Positions 26,630 to 37,366 are shown, numbered from the stretch's first letter. The stretch: 64,000 nt of DNA from Patescibacteria group bacterium (GCA_034716415.1 JAYEJB010000059.1:68-64067), one strand, 5' to 3'. The notes: generated from the sequence alone by a model not told the origin. Translations and numbers: made by a program.

Positions 26630-28377
26630 GGCCTTCTCCTGATAAGTACGAACAGCCAGACGACCGCGACCAGCGCGATGATCAGCCCGAGCTCACCGAC
26701 CGAGACCCCGAGCGCGACCGCTTTCTGATCGATCCTCATTACCGCCGCCGAAGCTATCAGCAACGATGCCGCCAGTAACGCCAACACGCGTACGTCGTTC
26801 TGACGATCGAACTCCTCCTTCAGGTCGCGCAGTTCCTGCAGATTGAGCTTCACCCCGATCTCTCCCTTCTCTAGACGTTCAAAAAGCGCCTGCGTCTGTT
26901 CCGGGAGATGACGCATAAAATACAGGCTATCGAACGCACTGGTCTTGAGATTAGCCACGACCTGCCGCGGACTGAATTCCTCTTTGATGACCTCGGCCAA
27001 GAAAGGCCGCATCTCCTTTTCGATATCAATATCAGGAAACAGCTGCAGGACGTTATTCTCTATGGTCACGAAGGCCTTGGCTAAGAGGACGAGATCGGTC
27101 GGGAAGATGATGCCGTAGTTGGCACCGCTGATCAGGACCCTGTAGAGAGACTTCGACATGCTGTTCTTCTCGATCGGCTTGTAGAGTACTCCCTCGAGAA
27201 TGGTCCGCGCCTCGCTGTGGAACGTCTTGATATCCGCATCCTCTTCCTTTTTCGACAGGTCGAGGATGTGCTTGATGTAACCGTCCAGATCACGCTCCAG
27301 GAAACTGACGAAACAGCCGATGAGCTCGAACCGGTGCTTGTCCGATATGCGGCCGATCATGCCGAAATCATACAGACCCAGACGGAGCGGCACGCCTTCT
27401 TCGCCTTCTTTCTTCGGCGGCTCAGCCGGCAACACAGTCAGGTTACCGGGGTGCGGATCAGCATGGAAAAAACCGTCGATCAGGAACTGCCGGATGCCGG
27501 CCCTCAATCCGATTCGCGCGAGCTTCCGCTTATCGACGCCAGCCTCGTCCAGCGCTTTCATGTCATTCACGCGTAAGCCCTGGACGAGATCCGTGACGAG
27601 CACGGACGGCCCGACATAATCCCAGTAGACCTTCGGCACCACGACCTCGGGCATGTCGACGAAACTGTTGCGGAACATATCGATATGCGCGCCCTCTATC
27701 TCGAAATCGAGTTCGCGCATCGTCCAATCGGCGAATTCACGGACCACTCGCATCGGTCTGTAGCGCCTGCTCGACCGGATATGTTTCTCCATCAGCTGAG
27801 CCATATACGCGAGTATATGGATATCATTGACGACCGTCTCTTCTATTCTCGGCCGCCTGACCTTCACCGCGACCGGTGTGCCGTCCCTAAGCTCGGCGCA
27901 ATGTACTTGCGCCAGCGAAGCCGCGGCCAGCGGTTTTTCATCGAACGTCGCGAAGACATTCTCGATGGAGATTCCGAGTTCGGCCTCGACGATCTTTTCG
28001 GCGACTCCCGGCATGAGAGTCGGTCCGCGATCCTGTAGCTTCGACAGCTCCAAGACGAACTCCGGCGGCACGATATCCGGCCTGACACTCAAGAGCTGCC
28101 CCAACTTCATGAAGGCGGGACCCAGCCGCTCGAGAACACACCTCAGCCGCACCTCGGGTGGAACCTCCCGCACCCGGATCCCGACCGCCCGCACGCCGGT
28201 CCGCGCACCCTTCTTCAACGAGTACTTCATCCTGCTCCGGAGCGGTACCAGATACCGCAGATGCATCTCATCGACAAGAAAAGAGAAGCCCTCCTCGAAC
28301 AGTACGGTCACGACCGTCCTGAACCGGCGGATATCTCCGATAGTCTGCTTGAATTTCGGGAAAGGCGAGCCGTTCAT
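26626..28377 (-). CDS. AarF/ABC1/UbiB family atypical kinase
   Basis: LGPAFMKLGQLLS.RPD, PLAAASLAQVH, VAVKV, GFFHADPHPGN, DFGM. Confidence 0.93.
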   Translation of the reverse strand: MNGSPFPKFKQTIGDIRRFRTVVTVLFEEGFSFLVDEMHLRYLVPLRSRMKYSLKKGARTGVRAVGIRVREVPPEVRLRCVLERLGPAFMKLGQLLSVRPDIVPPEFVLELSKLQDRGPTLMPGVAEKIVEAELGISIENVFATFDEKPLAAASLAQVHCAELRDGTPVAVKVRRPRIEETVVNDIHILAYMAQLMEKHIRSSRRYRPMRVVREFADWTMRELDFEIEGAHIDMFRNSFVDMPEVVVPKVYWDYVGPSVLVTDLVQGLRVNDMKALDEAGVDKRKLARIGLRAGIRQFLIDGFFHADPHPGNLTVLPAEPPKKEGEEGVPLRLGLYDFGMIGRISDKHRFELIGCFVSFLERDLDGYIKHILDLSKKEEDADIKTFHSEARTILEGVLYKPIEKNSMSKSLYRVLISGANYGIIFPTDLVLLAKAFVTIENNVLQLFPDIDIEKEMRPFLAEVIKEEFSPRQVVANLKTSAFDSLYFMRHLPEQTQALFERLEKGEIGVKLNLQELRDLKEEFDRQNDVRVLALLAASLLIASAAVMRIDQKAVALGVSVGELGLIIALVAVVWLFVLIRRRP

Positions 28378-28838
28378 ATGGCACCGATCAACTGAAGCGC
28401 TTTCCTGAAGGACCGGACGGCTTTCCGTGCTATCCCCCGATCCAGCCGATAGGTAGCCTCATGGACCAGCTGGTTTCTGACCTTGTGCGCCCACCAGACC
28501 TCACGGATCTTCGGGTATTTATAGGACGCGAACTTCAGCCGCTCACCCAATGTCGTTCCGGGCATCGCCATCGATTTCAGCGCGTGGTCGAGTAGTTTGT
28601 CCGCCTCTATGACGGCGAGCTTTGGACTCAACTCACCCGGTGCGTCCAGGAGGGACTCCACTTCTTTCCACCGCCGTCGCATGGCGCTGCGGTCGCCCAC
28701 CTCATACTGCCTGGATGCGGCAAAACGCCTGAAATTGACGTAGATGAGCCAGAACAGGATCACCAACAAGGCGATCAGCAGTACCGCGCCGATCCCCTTG
28801 GACACTTCCAGAATGTTGAATGTCACTGTCATCGTCAC
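28374..28838 (-). CDS. Conserved hypothetical membrane-anchored protein
   Basis: N-terminal TM; AVIEADKLLD..L....PG.TLGERLK...W.AHKVRNQLVH; overlaps its neighbours by 4 nt. Confidence 0.8.
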   Translation of the reverse strand: MTMTVTFNILEVSKGIGAVLLIALLVILFWLIYVNFRRFAASRQYEVGDRSAMRRRWKEVESLLDAPGELSPKLAVIEADKLLDHALKSMAMPGTTLGERLKFASYKYPKIREVWWAHKVRNQLVHEATYRLDRGIARKAVRSFRKALQLIGAI

Positions 28839-29332
28839 TCAATATCAGCTATCCATAGGACCCGCACAGGCAAGTCGTGGTGCGACCAGGTGATGCTTAA
28901 TTCTCCACCCTTTCTGGCCCTATGGAGTTTCTTCCCGATAGCGACCGCTAAATGAGACTTGGCCGTACTCACGACGAAGCCGCTTCTGGTCGACTTGATG
29001 CGCAGTATCCGGTCACAGGCGTCTCTCTGACGCTGCAAATCCCCGATGTTCTCCACCAGATTCAGCAACTCCTGCTTTTCGGATCGGCTGAATTTACCGA
29101 CGGCCGTGACTTGCCCACCGAAATTTACGACCTGACCGCCCTCACGCATGTATTTCGGCCCATGCTCGTGCAGTTCCAGTTCATCGGCATACATGTTATC
29201 GCGTCTAGCCTTAAAATGAAACGAACCGGATATCTCTGACCGGGTCTTTTCGTCAATTTTCCTGACATTCTTGCTAGGTGTTATTTTTCGCCTGATGACT
29301 CTTTTGCCAGGCTTATTTGGATGATTACTCAT
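28835..29332 (-). CDS. BCAM0308/NMD3-like hypothetical protein
   Basis: ELLNLVEN....RD..DRI......VST...HLA..IG.KLHRA..GEL...WS...VRV.W; GAAAGGA before MSNHP. Confidence 0.65.
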   Translation of the reverse strand: MSNHPNKPGKRVIRRKITPSKNVRKIDEKTRSEISGSFHFKARRDNMYADELELHEHGPKYMREGGQVVNFGGQVTAVGKFSRSEKQELLNLVENIGDLQRQRDACDRILRIKSTRSGFVVSTAKSHLAVAIGKKLHRARKGGELSITWSHHDLPVRVLWIADIE

Positions 29333-29354
29333 AAAATCACATCCTTTCATTATA

Positions 29355-30818
29355 TTATACAGTCGCGGGGATGAATTCAGTGAATCCGCCACTGGCCTGC
29401 TCAAAGGCATGCGCAGCCTTAAGCACTGTTTTATCGTCAAAATGGCGCCCGATCAACTGTAGGCCCACGGGAAGCCCGTCCGACAAGCCGCATGGCACGC
29501 TGATCGCCGGAAGACCGGCAACATTCACCGACACCGTAAAGATATCCTGCAGGTACATCGAGAGCGGATCATCCATCATCTCACCGAGTCGCCAGGCAAC
29601 GGTCGGTGCGGTAGGCGACAGAATGCAGTCGACATCAACGAACGCCTTGGTGAAATCGTTGGCGATCAGGCGTCGTACTTTCATGGCGCGCAAATAATAC
29701 GCATCATAGTATCCGGCCGACAGCGCGTAGGTGCCGATCATTATCCGTCTGCGGGCTTCCTTGCCGAAACCCGCGCCCCTCGACTTCCTGTATGTCTCCT
29801 CAAGCGTATCCGCCGGTATGCGCGTCCCATACCTGATACCGTCGAACCTCGCCAGATTGGAACTCGCCTCGCACGGCATGATGATGTAATACGTAGCGAG
29901 CGCGTAATCGGAATGCGGTAGGCTGATCTCCTTGATTTCCGCCCCAAGCTCCTTGAACCGCTCAATCCCTGACCGAACGGCGGCTTCGACACCGTCTTCC
30001 ATCCCGGACACGAAGTACTCCTTCGGAATGCCGATCTTAAGTCCTTTCACGTCATGTCCGATCGATTCCGGCAGCACCCAGTCATCCTTCAGGTCCACAC
30101 TGGTCGAATCATTGCTGTCGCGTCCCTCGATGATGCGCAGCAGATCGGTAGCGTCACGGACACTCCTCGCGAACGGACCGATCTGATCGAGACTCGACGC
30201 GAGAGCGATCAGTCCGTACCTGGAAACGCGTCCGTAGGTCGGTTTGAATCCGACGGTACCGCAAAGAGCGGCTGGCTGACGGATGGATCCGCCGGTATCA
30301 GAACCCAAGGCGATCGGAGCCGATCCTTCCGATACGGCCACCGCTGAACCACCCGAGGAACCACCAGGAACCCGCTCCGTATCCCAAGGGTTCCTGGTCA
30401 CACCGTGACAGGAACTTTCTGTCGACGAACCCATCGCGTACTCATCCATGTTCGTCTTTCCGAGAATCACGAGTCCTGCCTTGCGCACCCTCACCACTGC
30501 TGTCGCGTCATACGGAGCGACATATTCCTTCAAGATGTTCGAGCCCGCGGTCGCGCGCCTCCCGGTGACCAGCATGTTGTCCTTGATCGCGATCGGCACC
30601 CCGTCGAGACACGACAACGTCTTCCCTTTCGAGCGACGCCTGTCGGCTTCATCGGCGGCGGCAAGCGCGCCGTCTTCATCGATATCGACGTAAGCATGAG
30701 TACTTTCGGTGTTCCCCTTGGCGACCCCAAGATAGGCTTCGGTGACATCACGCGAACTGAACTTGCCCTCTTCGAGGTCTTTTGCGATATCGGAAGCCGT
30801 AAGTCCTTTAGTTTCCAT
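29355..30818 (-). CDS. gatA: Asp/Glu-tRNA amidotransferase subunit A
   Basis: GKTNMDEYAMGSS, PGGSSGGSA, GSDTGGSIRQPA, SSNLARFDGIRYG. Confidence 0.97.
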   Translation of the reverse strand: METKGLTASDIAKDLEEGKFSSRDVTEAYLGVAKGNTESTHAYVDIDEDGALAAADEADRRRSKGKTLSCLDGVPIAIKDNMLVTGRRATAGSNILKEYVAPYDATAVVRVRKAGLVILGKTNMDEYAMGSSTESSCHGVTRNPWDTERVPGGSSGGSAVAVSEGSAPIALGSDTGGSIRQPAALCGTVGFKPTYGRVSRYGLIALASSLDQIGPFARSVRDATDLLRIIEGRDSNDSTSVDLKDDWVLPESIGHDVKGLKIGIPKEYFVSGMEDGVEAAVRSGIERFKELGAEIKEISLPHSDYALATYYIIMPCEASSNLARFDGIRYGTRIPADTLEETYRKSRGAGFGKEARRRIMIGTYALSAGYYDAYYLRAMKVRRLIANDFTKAFVDVDCILSPTAPTVAWRLGEMMDDPLSMYLQDIFTVSVNVAGLPAISVPCGLSDGLPVGLQLIGRHFDDKTVLKAAHAFEQASGGFTEFIPATV

Positions 30819-30822
30819 ATGA

Positions 30823-31116
30823 TTAAGAGAAAACCGCCTTTACCTTCAGCATGTCGTCCTCGCTTTCCGGGAACGAATCCACGACCTGGTCTCGCACTCC
30901 TTTCGCGCATGGCACGGCTTCATCTTCGCGTAACACATTCAGGACGGGCACGCTGTGGCTCATGGGTTCCGTATCTTCGACATCGACTTTCGACAACTTA
31001 CCGACATATTCAAGAACCGACGAGATATTCTCGCGGAAAGACTCCTTCTCGTCATCCGCCAGCTCCAACCTGGCCAGGCCGGCGATCTTTTCGACTTCTT
31101 CAGAGGTGAGAGACAT
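30823..31116 (-). CDS. gatC: Asp/Glu-tRNA amidotransferase subunit C
   Basis: EVEKIAGLARL...NVLRED...KVKAV; directly upstream of gatA. Confidence 0.93.
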   Translation of the reverse strand: MSLTSEEVEKIAGLARLELADDEKESFRENISSVLEYVGKLSKVDVEDTEPMSHSVPVLNVLREDEAVPCAKGVRDQVVDSFPESEDDMLKVKAVFS

Positions 31117-31205
31117 ATGCATCAGTAGATAAGGTGACGGAGCGGGGAAAGGGGACAAAACGGAGAAACATCCTTCCTCCGCCCCCTCCGCTTCCTCCGC
31201 TCCGA

Positions 31206-33278
31206 TTACTTCATAACCATAGCCAAAAAGTCAGGCTCCTTCAAGACTGTCACGCCGAACTTCTTCGCCTTATCCAACTTCGACCCCGGACTCTCCCCCA
31301 CCACCAGGAAATCAGTACTTCCGGAAACAGAACCGACGACCTTGCCGCCCAGGACGCGTATCCGATCCTTAGCCTCATTACGGGTCATTTTCCGCATGGT
31401 TCCGGTAAGCACGAAGGTCTTTCCCGTAAGCGGACCGGCCGTCTTCCTGCCGCTGACCGACTGGACTTCCATGTATTCGAGCAGACGATCTACCAGTCTG
31501 GAATTCTTCTTGTCGCTGAAATAAGCTGCCACGCTTTCGGCTACGATCGGTCCGACTCCCTCGACAGAAGCCATCCTCTCTTGTGGTGCCTCCCGCAGGG
31601 CTTCGATGCCGCGGAACTCATCCGCCAGATCCATCGCGGTCTGCGTGCCCACATGTCGGATACCGAGCGCGTAGATAAACTTGCCGAGCGGCACCTTGCG
31701 GCTGGTCTTGATGGAAACGATCACGTTCTCGGCGGATTTCTTTCCAAAACCCTCAAGACCCGTCAGATCCGCCTCGGTCAGCGTAAACAGATCCGCCGCG
31801 TCGCGGACAAGCCCTTCTTCCATGAACTTTTCGATCATCTTGCCACCGACCCCATCCGCATCGATCCCGCCTTTCGATATGAAGTGCATGATACCCCGCA
31901 GTGAACGGGCATAGCAGTCCTTATTGGCGCAGTAATGAGCTACTCCGCCTTCATCCTTCCTGACGGCGGAGCCGCAGAAAGGACACTTCTTGGGCATCCT
32001 GAACTTGCGCTCATCACCGTTCCTGGCCTCTTCGATGACCCTGATCACCTTCGGAATGATGTCACCCGCCTTCTCGATGACGACGGTATCCCCTATCATG
32101 ACGCCCAGCCGTCCGATCTCATCCATATTGTGGAGCGTCGAGTGCGTAACGGTCGTTCCGGCGACCTTGACCGGACGCATGACAGCGACCGGAGTAAGAG
32201 CTCCCGTGCGTCCGACCTGAATGCGGATATCCTCTATCACGGTAGTCGCCTGTTCCGCCGGAAACTTGAAAGCGACACTGCCTCGCGGCGCCTTTCCGAC
32301 GACGCCGAGCCGCCCGAACAACGCATCGTCATTCACCACGACGACGATACCATCGATCCAATACGGCAACCTGTCGCGCTTCTTGTGTATCTTCCGATAG
32401 TGGTCGCCGATCTCGCCCGGCGATTCCACCCGAATGCTGAGTGGATTTATCTTGACCCCCAACAGCTTCATCAGTTCATGGGCCTGTTCGTGAGTACCGA
32501 GACCCAAGTCACCGAGTAACGCGTAACCGAAGAAGTCCAGACCTCTCTGCCGCGCGACGGCCGGATCCAACTGTCGGATACTGCCGGCGGCCGCGTTCCT
32601 GGGATTGGCGAACAACGGCTGCCCTGCTTTCTCCTGCTCCACGTTCAGCCGGTCAAAAATACCCTTTGGCATGAACACCTCACCCCGCACCTCGATCCGC
32701 CCGGCCAATCCACTCATCACCTCACGGAACCTGTCGACATCAAGCCGCTCACCGAACTTCCTGATGAACGCATCGACCTCCTTCTGTTCCGGTCGTCGCA
32801 ACCGCAACGGAATCGCTTCGACTGTCTTGAGATTGTTCAGGACATCCTCACCCACTTCTCCGTCTCCCCGGGTCGCACCGACCGCAAGTAGCCCGTCTTC
32901 GTAGACAAGAGAGACCGCGAGACCGTCCATCTTGAGCTCCACATAATACTCTTCCGGGGTCTCGCCGACATGCTTGCTGATCCGTAAGTTCCAGTCTTCG
33001 AGTTCATCCGACGAAAAGACATCCTCCATCGAGAGCATCCGCGTCTCGTGCCGGACCTTCCTGAACCTGTCGAGCGGTTTTCCCTCGACCCGCTGCGTGG
33101 GCGAATCTGACGTGACCAGGTCCGGATACTCACGTTCCAGCCCGAGAAGTTCATGTTTCAGGGAATCGAGCGCCGCTTCGGATATCTCCTGCTTATCGAG
33201 GACATGATAAAGATAGCGATGATGGTTTATCGCTTCTTTCAGCTGGTCAATACGTTTTTTCGCTTCTTGTTTGGTCAT
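31206..33278 (-). CDS. ligA: NAD-dependent DNA ligase
   Basis: ELKMDG, EVRGEV, FANPRNAAAGS, CPFC, C-terminal BRCT GKTFVLTG. Confidence 0.97.
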   Translation of the reverse strand: MTKQEAKKRIDQLKEAINHHRYLYHVLDKQEISEAALDSLKHELLGLEREYPDLVTSDSPTQRVEGKPLDRFRKVRHETRMLSMEDVFSSDELEDWNLRISKHVGETPEEYYVELKMDGLAVSLVYEDGLLAVGATRGDGEVGEDVLNNLKTVEAIPLRLRRPEQKEVDAFIRKFGERLDVDRFREVMSGLAGRIEVRGEVFMPKGIFDRLNVEQEKAGQPLFANPRNAAAGSIRQLDPAVARQRGLDFFGYALLGDLGLGTHEQAHELMKLLGVKINPLSIRVESPGEIGDHYRKIHKKRDRLPYWIDGIVVVVNDDALFGRLGVVGKAPRGSVAFKFPAEQATTVIEDIRIQVGRTGALTPVAVMRPVKVAGTTVTHSTLHNMDEIGRLGVMIGDTVVIEKAGDIIPKVIRVIEEARNGDERKFRMPKKCPFCGSAVRKDEGGVAHYCANKDCYARSLRGIMHFISKGGIDADGVGGKMIEKFMEEGLVRDAADLFTLTEADLTGLEGFGKKSAENVIVSIKTSRKVPLGKFIYALGIRHVGTQTAMDLADEFRGIEALREAPQERMASVEGVGPIVAESVAAYFSDKKNSRLVDRLLEYMEVQSVSGRKTAGPLTGKTFVLTGTMRKMTRNEAKDRIRVLGGKVVGSVSGSTDFLVVGESPGSKLDKAKKFGVTVLKEPDFLAMVMK

Positions 33279-33281
33279 GGT

Positions 33282-33372
33282 GGAGTTTAGGAGCTAAGGA
33301 GTTTAGAGGCTCAAGAGCAATTCTTTTAAAAAATTCGTCCCTTAGCTTCTCGGCTCCTTAGCTCCTAAGCTT
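33282..33372. repeat. Inverted 8-mer array upstream of ligA
   Basis: GAGTTTAG GAGCTAAG GAGTTTAG AGGCTCAA GAGC ... CTTAGCTT CTCGGCTC CTTAGCTC CTAAGCT; resembles the 2621 array. Confidence 0.8.
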
Positions 33373-33375
33373 CGA

Positions 33376-34191
33376 TTATGGACAACTTATCGGCCGGTTT
33401 CCCTTGACGAGAGAACATTCACTGAATACCACGAAATCAAAGATGCCGGAAAGCGGCGCGCCATGCAGCATACTGGCCAGAAGACGACGTCTCGTATCAC
33501 CGAATTCACCGGTCACATCTATCTCTATGCGGCCCGGCAGCGCCACCGGATTCGATCCGACATCATAAGCGCGGACGGTCACATTGTCGAGTGTGGCGTT
33601 TTTCGCGCGGAGACGCACCTTGTAGAGCTTGTTGGACGGTCCGGTGGATATCGTAGCCGGCCTCGAAGCGAAGTCATAGGTCCGGGTCTCGGAGCTCGGC
33701 GCCCAGGCGATCGGTGCTCCCGGTATCCAACTGACCATACTCAACGTAAGGACCGAACAGCCGCCACATCCGTCACTCCAGTCTATCTCTACGTTGGCGA
33801 TCGGTGTCGCGATTGTCGGAGCTTCCGGACTGAACAGGTTCACTTCGATGAACTCATCTTCAGGAATGGTCGCGTAGACGATCTCTTTCGTGTCCGAGAC
33901 GACACTCGACCAGGTCGAACCGGACGGTACGGTCCGGAGCGCATAGGACCCAGGCAGATTACCGGTCTTTCTGGCGTTATATAATGACTCCTCGATACCC
34001 GTTTCAGCCGCGTAGAACGCCACAATTGACTGGTCGATGACCTTAGTCTGCTGTAGCAGGTTCAGCACCAGCGAACCGAGCCCTACCGAACCGATCATGA
34101 CAGCGCTCAACACGAGAAGCGAAAACAGCAAGACCGCTCCGCGCCCCTGCCCGACTCCGGACGATCTCGTTTTTTTACCGGAAATAATCAT
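33376..34191 (-). CDS. PilX-like minor pilin
   Basis: G|AVLLFSLLVL (no Glu5), AFYAAETGIEE. Confidence 0.8.
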   Translation of the reverse strand: MIISGKKTRSSGVGQGRGAVLLFSLLVLSAVMIGSVGLGSLVLNLLQQTKVIDQSIVAFYAAETGIEESLYNARKTGNLPGSYALRTVPSGSTWSSVVSDTKEIVYATIPEDEFIEVNLFSPEAPTIATPIANVEIDWSDGCGGCSVLTLSMVSWIPGAPIAWAPSSETRTYDFASRPATISTGPSNKLYKVRLRAKNATLDNVTVRAYDVGSNPVALPGRIEIDVTGEFGDTRRRLLASMLHGAPLSGIFDFVVFSECSLVKGNRPISCP

Positions 34192-34919
34192 CGCTCGTAT
34201 CTACGGCTGGTGGCCGTGGTCTGTAAATAAGTATAGGTGCGCTCATCAATCTTGCGTGACGCGCTTTCGAATGACATCACGATCGTGACAGAGGGCTGGA
34301 TATTCGACAGGTAGGAGCCGGCCGCGGAATTGAACGCGAACGGATCCACGTCAGGACTGACGTAAAAACTGACGGACCTGACCCTGATGCCTTTCGGGCT
34401 GATGGGGGCGGGCGGATTGACGCCGACCGCCACCAGCAGACACGGACGACTGTTCTCGTTCGGACAATCGGCTTCAGTGCTTGCGTCGCTCTCGAAAAAC
34501 CTGATCTGATCCCCCTCACTGTCGATCAGAGCGAGCTCCGTATCCGGCGTACCGAGCGGTTGGGCACGGCCGGCATAATAATCCAGGTCGATCACACCCG
34601 TCCTGACTTCTCTGACCATCGCCTCCATCGTATACCTGGCGCTGGCCTGCATGCTTTCGAGGTCGAACACCTTCCTCTGGGTGCGACTGGCCAACAAGAA
34701 AATGTCTGTCGCCGCGACGATGAGCGTCGAAAAGATCGTGATAGCGACGATCATCTCCATCAGCGTGAATCCACGACAGCTACTCCTCACGGCCTTTCGC
34801 TCATGCATGCGCATACCCAAAACACGCGGAAAGACGCGAAAAAACAATCCCGTCTTGCCCCGTCTTGCCCCGTCTTTCCACATTTTGCCCCGTCTTGCCC
34901 CGTACATAATCACCGCCAA
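34188..34919 (-). CDS. PilW-like minor pilin
   Basis: RG|FTLMEMIVAI prepilin motif; the N-terminal extension is repeat-derived, so the start is uncertain. Confidence 0.85.
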   Translation of the reverse strand: MAVIMYGARRGKMWKDGARRGKTGLFFRVFPRVLGMRMHERKAVRSSCRGFTLMEMIVAITIFSTLIVAATDIFLLASRTQRKVFDLESMQASARYTMEAMVREVRTGVIDLDYYAGRAQPLGTPDTELALIDSEGDQIRFFESDASTEADCPNENSRPCLLVAVGVNPPAPISPKGIRVRSVSFYVSPDVDPFAFNSAAGSYLSNIQPSVTIVMSFESASRKIDERTYTYLQTTATSRRYER

Positions 34920-35566
34920 TTAAACATCCGTTCGACCACGTGAATCTCGCGCTCGTCTCCTCCCGCACTGGTCCACCTCACGTATGATCTGACGTCAATC
35001 CCGATCTTTTCGGTGGCGCAACTTTCACCGTCGGCCTTCAGTTCGTAATTGATGAAGTTGGACGTACTGCCGGCCACGACACTACAAAGCGCCCTGGTGT
35101 GCGTTATCCGACGAAAAAGCGTGGTATCGGTGCCAGCTGGCTGAGGAATCCCCTGAAGAAACATTCCCGGCTGTTCGGGTCCGCCGGTCACGACTTGTCT
35201 GTATACGGCGGTCTCGACATCATCGAGACTGCCTGCCCCGAAATCCATCGACCAGGACTTAGTGGCGGCATCGAATATGACGACGCCCGAGTAATCGAAG
35301 CCCGCACCCTCCAGACCCTGATCCCAGTCGTTTCCGGCCAGCCAGTTGGAATCGCGCATGGCCCTGACGACCTCCACGCCCTCTCTAGCCAGATTTGACG
35401 CGATGAGCCTGTTATCACTCTCCTTGGCCGCGTTGATCGAGCTTTGGACCAGCGTCAAAGCGGCCCCCACCGCAGTGACGATGATTCCTGAAGCCACGAT
35501 CGCCTCAAGCAAGCTCTGCCCGGCGCTACGCGCTTTCATATTTTTATGTGCGCTCCTGGAGAACAT
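34910..35566 (-). CDS. PilV-like minor pilin
   Basis: G|QSLLEAIVA, ASNLAREGVEVVRAMRDSNW. Confidence 0.82.
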   Translation of the reverse strand: MFSRSAHKNMKARSAGQSLLEAIVASGIIVTAVGAALTLVQSSINAAKESDNRLIASNLAREGVEVVRAMRDSNWLAGNDWDQGLEGAGFDYSGVVIFDAATKSWSMDFGAGSLDDVETAVYRQVVTGGPEQPGMFLQGIPQPAGTDTTLFRRITHTRALCSVVAGSTSNFINYELKADGESCATEKIGIDVRSYVRWTSAGGDEREIHVVERMFNWR

Positions 35567-35573
35567 AGTGATG

Positions 35574-36206
35574 TCATTCCACTGAAACCAGTCCGGAAAT
35601 GCGGTTCACCGTCACTGATTGCTGCGTACCGGTATGTTGATGCTCGAGAACGATCGTCGCGATGCCGTTTACGATAGAATCGTTGAAATACATCTTGGGT
35701 TTCGGCGGTTCAAATATGATATCCAGAACGTTCGCGTCATTCGGGGTCACTGACAGGATATTGACGAACGGCCCCGATGATATCGCATCGAACCTGACCG
35801 CCTCACCTGACTCATATCGCTTGCTTCCGTTCGTGTCGGCGAATACGATCAGCTCACGATTTTCGCCGGAAAGAGTCGATATCCTGACTCCCCACGCATC
35901 AGGTATGTCCTTCGTGCAGACACCGCCGCCGCATTCCGAATCATTCCCTGACGGACAGACCTTGCCTTCGTCCGCACCGCCATGACAGAAAAAGATCGAA
36001 TATCCGGCAACGGCCTGCGTCTGCGCTCTCCTGACGGTCGATGCGACCAGCCGCGCAGACACCCTTAATTCATCACCTTGAGCACCGGCCCTGAAATTCG
36101 CCACGGCCATCGCAGTGATTACCGCGAATATCGACAGCGAAATCAACATCTCGATGAGTGTGAATCCGCGCTGCCCTCGTTTTCTTCGCATGAATGATTG
36201 CGACAT
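35574..36206 (-). CDS. FimT/GspH-like minor pilin
   Basis: RG|FTLIEMLIS, VRRAQTQA, TVNRISGLV. Confidence 0.85.
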   Translation of the reverse strand: MSQSFMRRKRGQRGFTLIEMLISLSIFAVITAMAVANFRAGAQGDELRVSARLVASTVRRAQTQAVAGYSIFFCHGGADEGKVCPSGNDSECGGGVCTKDIPDAWGVRISTLSGENRELIVFADTNGSKRYESGEAVRFDAISSGPFVNILSVTPNDANVLDIIFEPPKPKMYFNDSIVNGIATIVLEHQHTGTQQSVTVNRISGLVSVE

Positions 36207-36207
36207 A

Positions 36208-37008
36208 CTATAGCAGACCCATATACCAGCCCAGTATCACCTGACCGTAAAGCAAGGTGAATACAGTTCCCGCCGCCAGAAACGTACCGAACGGCAACTC
36301 GCTTTTCATGGTCTTCCTCTTGATGACCATCAACGAAACACCGATCAATGCTCCGGCGACATAAGCGATGAACAGCGCGACCAGGATTAACGGATATCCA
36401 AGGACTGCCCCCATGAACAGACCTAGATAGACATCACCGCCGCCCACCCATTTACCCTTGGACAATAGCCGCTGCAGCCAGAAGAATCCCCCGCCGATCG
36501 CGACACCGATCACAAGATGGGCGATATCCATCCCCAGTGCCACGTTCGCCGCAAGTGCGAGCACTGTAGCCGGAAGCGTAATCGAGCGCGGTATGAGCAT
36601 GTAGCGCAGATCGTAGACGAATACGATCACCAGTACGGAAACCACGAACCAGCCAAGAAGTAAGTTCGCGAACGCGACCGCCCCGATAGACTCGGCTCCG
36701 ACCGGAAAGGATGTCAATGCAACCATCAGAAACAACAGGCCCGTGACTGCCTCAATAAAGAAATATGACGACCCTATCGGCAGGAAACAGTAGCGACACT
36801 TCCCTCTCAAGAGAAGGTAGCTGAATAACGGGACTAGATCGAAGACCGACAGTCGATGCCTGCATTTCGGACAATAGGACCTGCCGTAAAGGAAGCTTTC
36901 CTTCGTCCGAAGGCGCCAGAGGACCGCGTTCAAGAAACTGCCGATCATGGCCCCAAACGCAAAAATAAATACCTGTAAAAATGGTAGCATACGACTGAAT
37001 GATACCAT
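36208..37008 (-). CDS. pilD: Prepilin peptidase
   Basis: GSFLNAV..R, RSYCPKC, GKCRYC, VYD, GGGD, PFGTFL. Confidence 0.94.
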   Translation of the reverse strand: MVSFSRMLPFLQVFIFAFGAMIGSFLNAVLWRLRTKESFLYGRSYCPKCRHRLSVFDLVPLFSYLLLRGKCRYCFLPIGSSYFFIEAVTGLLFLMVALTSFPVGAESIGAVAFANLLLGWFVVSVLVIVFVYDLRYMLIPRSITLPATVLALAANVALGMDIAHLVIGVAIGGGFFWLQRLLSKGKWVGGGDVYLGLFMGAVLGYPLILVALFIAYVAGALIGVSLMVIKRKTMKSELPFGTFLAAGTVFTLLYGQVILGWYMGLL

Positions 37009-37150
37009 GATTCTTACCTATATTATACCGGGGTTGAGGGTGTGGGAGCGTAGGGGTTAGAGAGTGAGAAAGTGAGAGGGTGAGAAAGATTCCAATCTCC
37101 GCTTTGTCCCCTTTCTCCACTCAATTTACCCCTTCTCCAGCTCCCCACCT

Positions 37151-37248
37151 TTTTGTCATTGCGAGAAGGCCACAGCCGACGAAACAATCCCGTCGGCTTA
37201 AGCCTAAACCACGAGATTACTTCGGCCTTCGGCCTCGCAATGACAAAA
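37151..37248. repeat. GTCATTGCGAG REP element, copy 4
   Basis: TTTTGTCATTGCGAG...CTCGCAATGACAAAA. Confidence 0.85.
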
Positions 37249-37281
37249 AAGGAGCCCCGCTCTCAATCCCCGCCCCCCATA

Positions 37282-37314
37282 ATAAAGACTTCCGCGGAGG
37301 GCGGAAGTCTTTAT
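37282..37314 (-). terminator. Terminator after the major pilin gene
   Basis: ATAAAGACTTCCGC-ggagg-GCGGAAGTCTTTAT, 14-bp stem. Confidence 0.75.
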
Positions 37315-37366
37315 ATTGCCGAATTCGGCCACGAACCGCCCTGTTCATACAAGGCGGCAACGAAGC

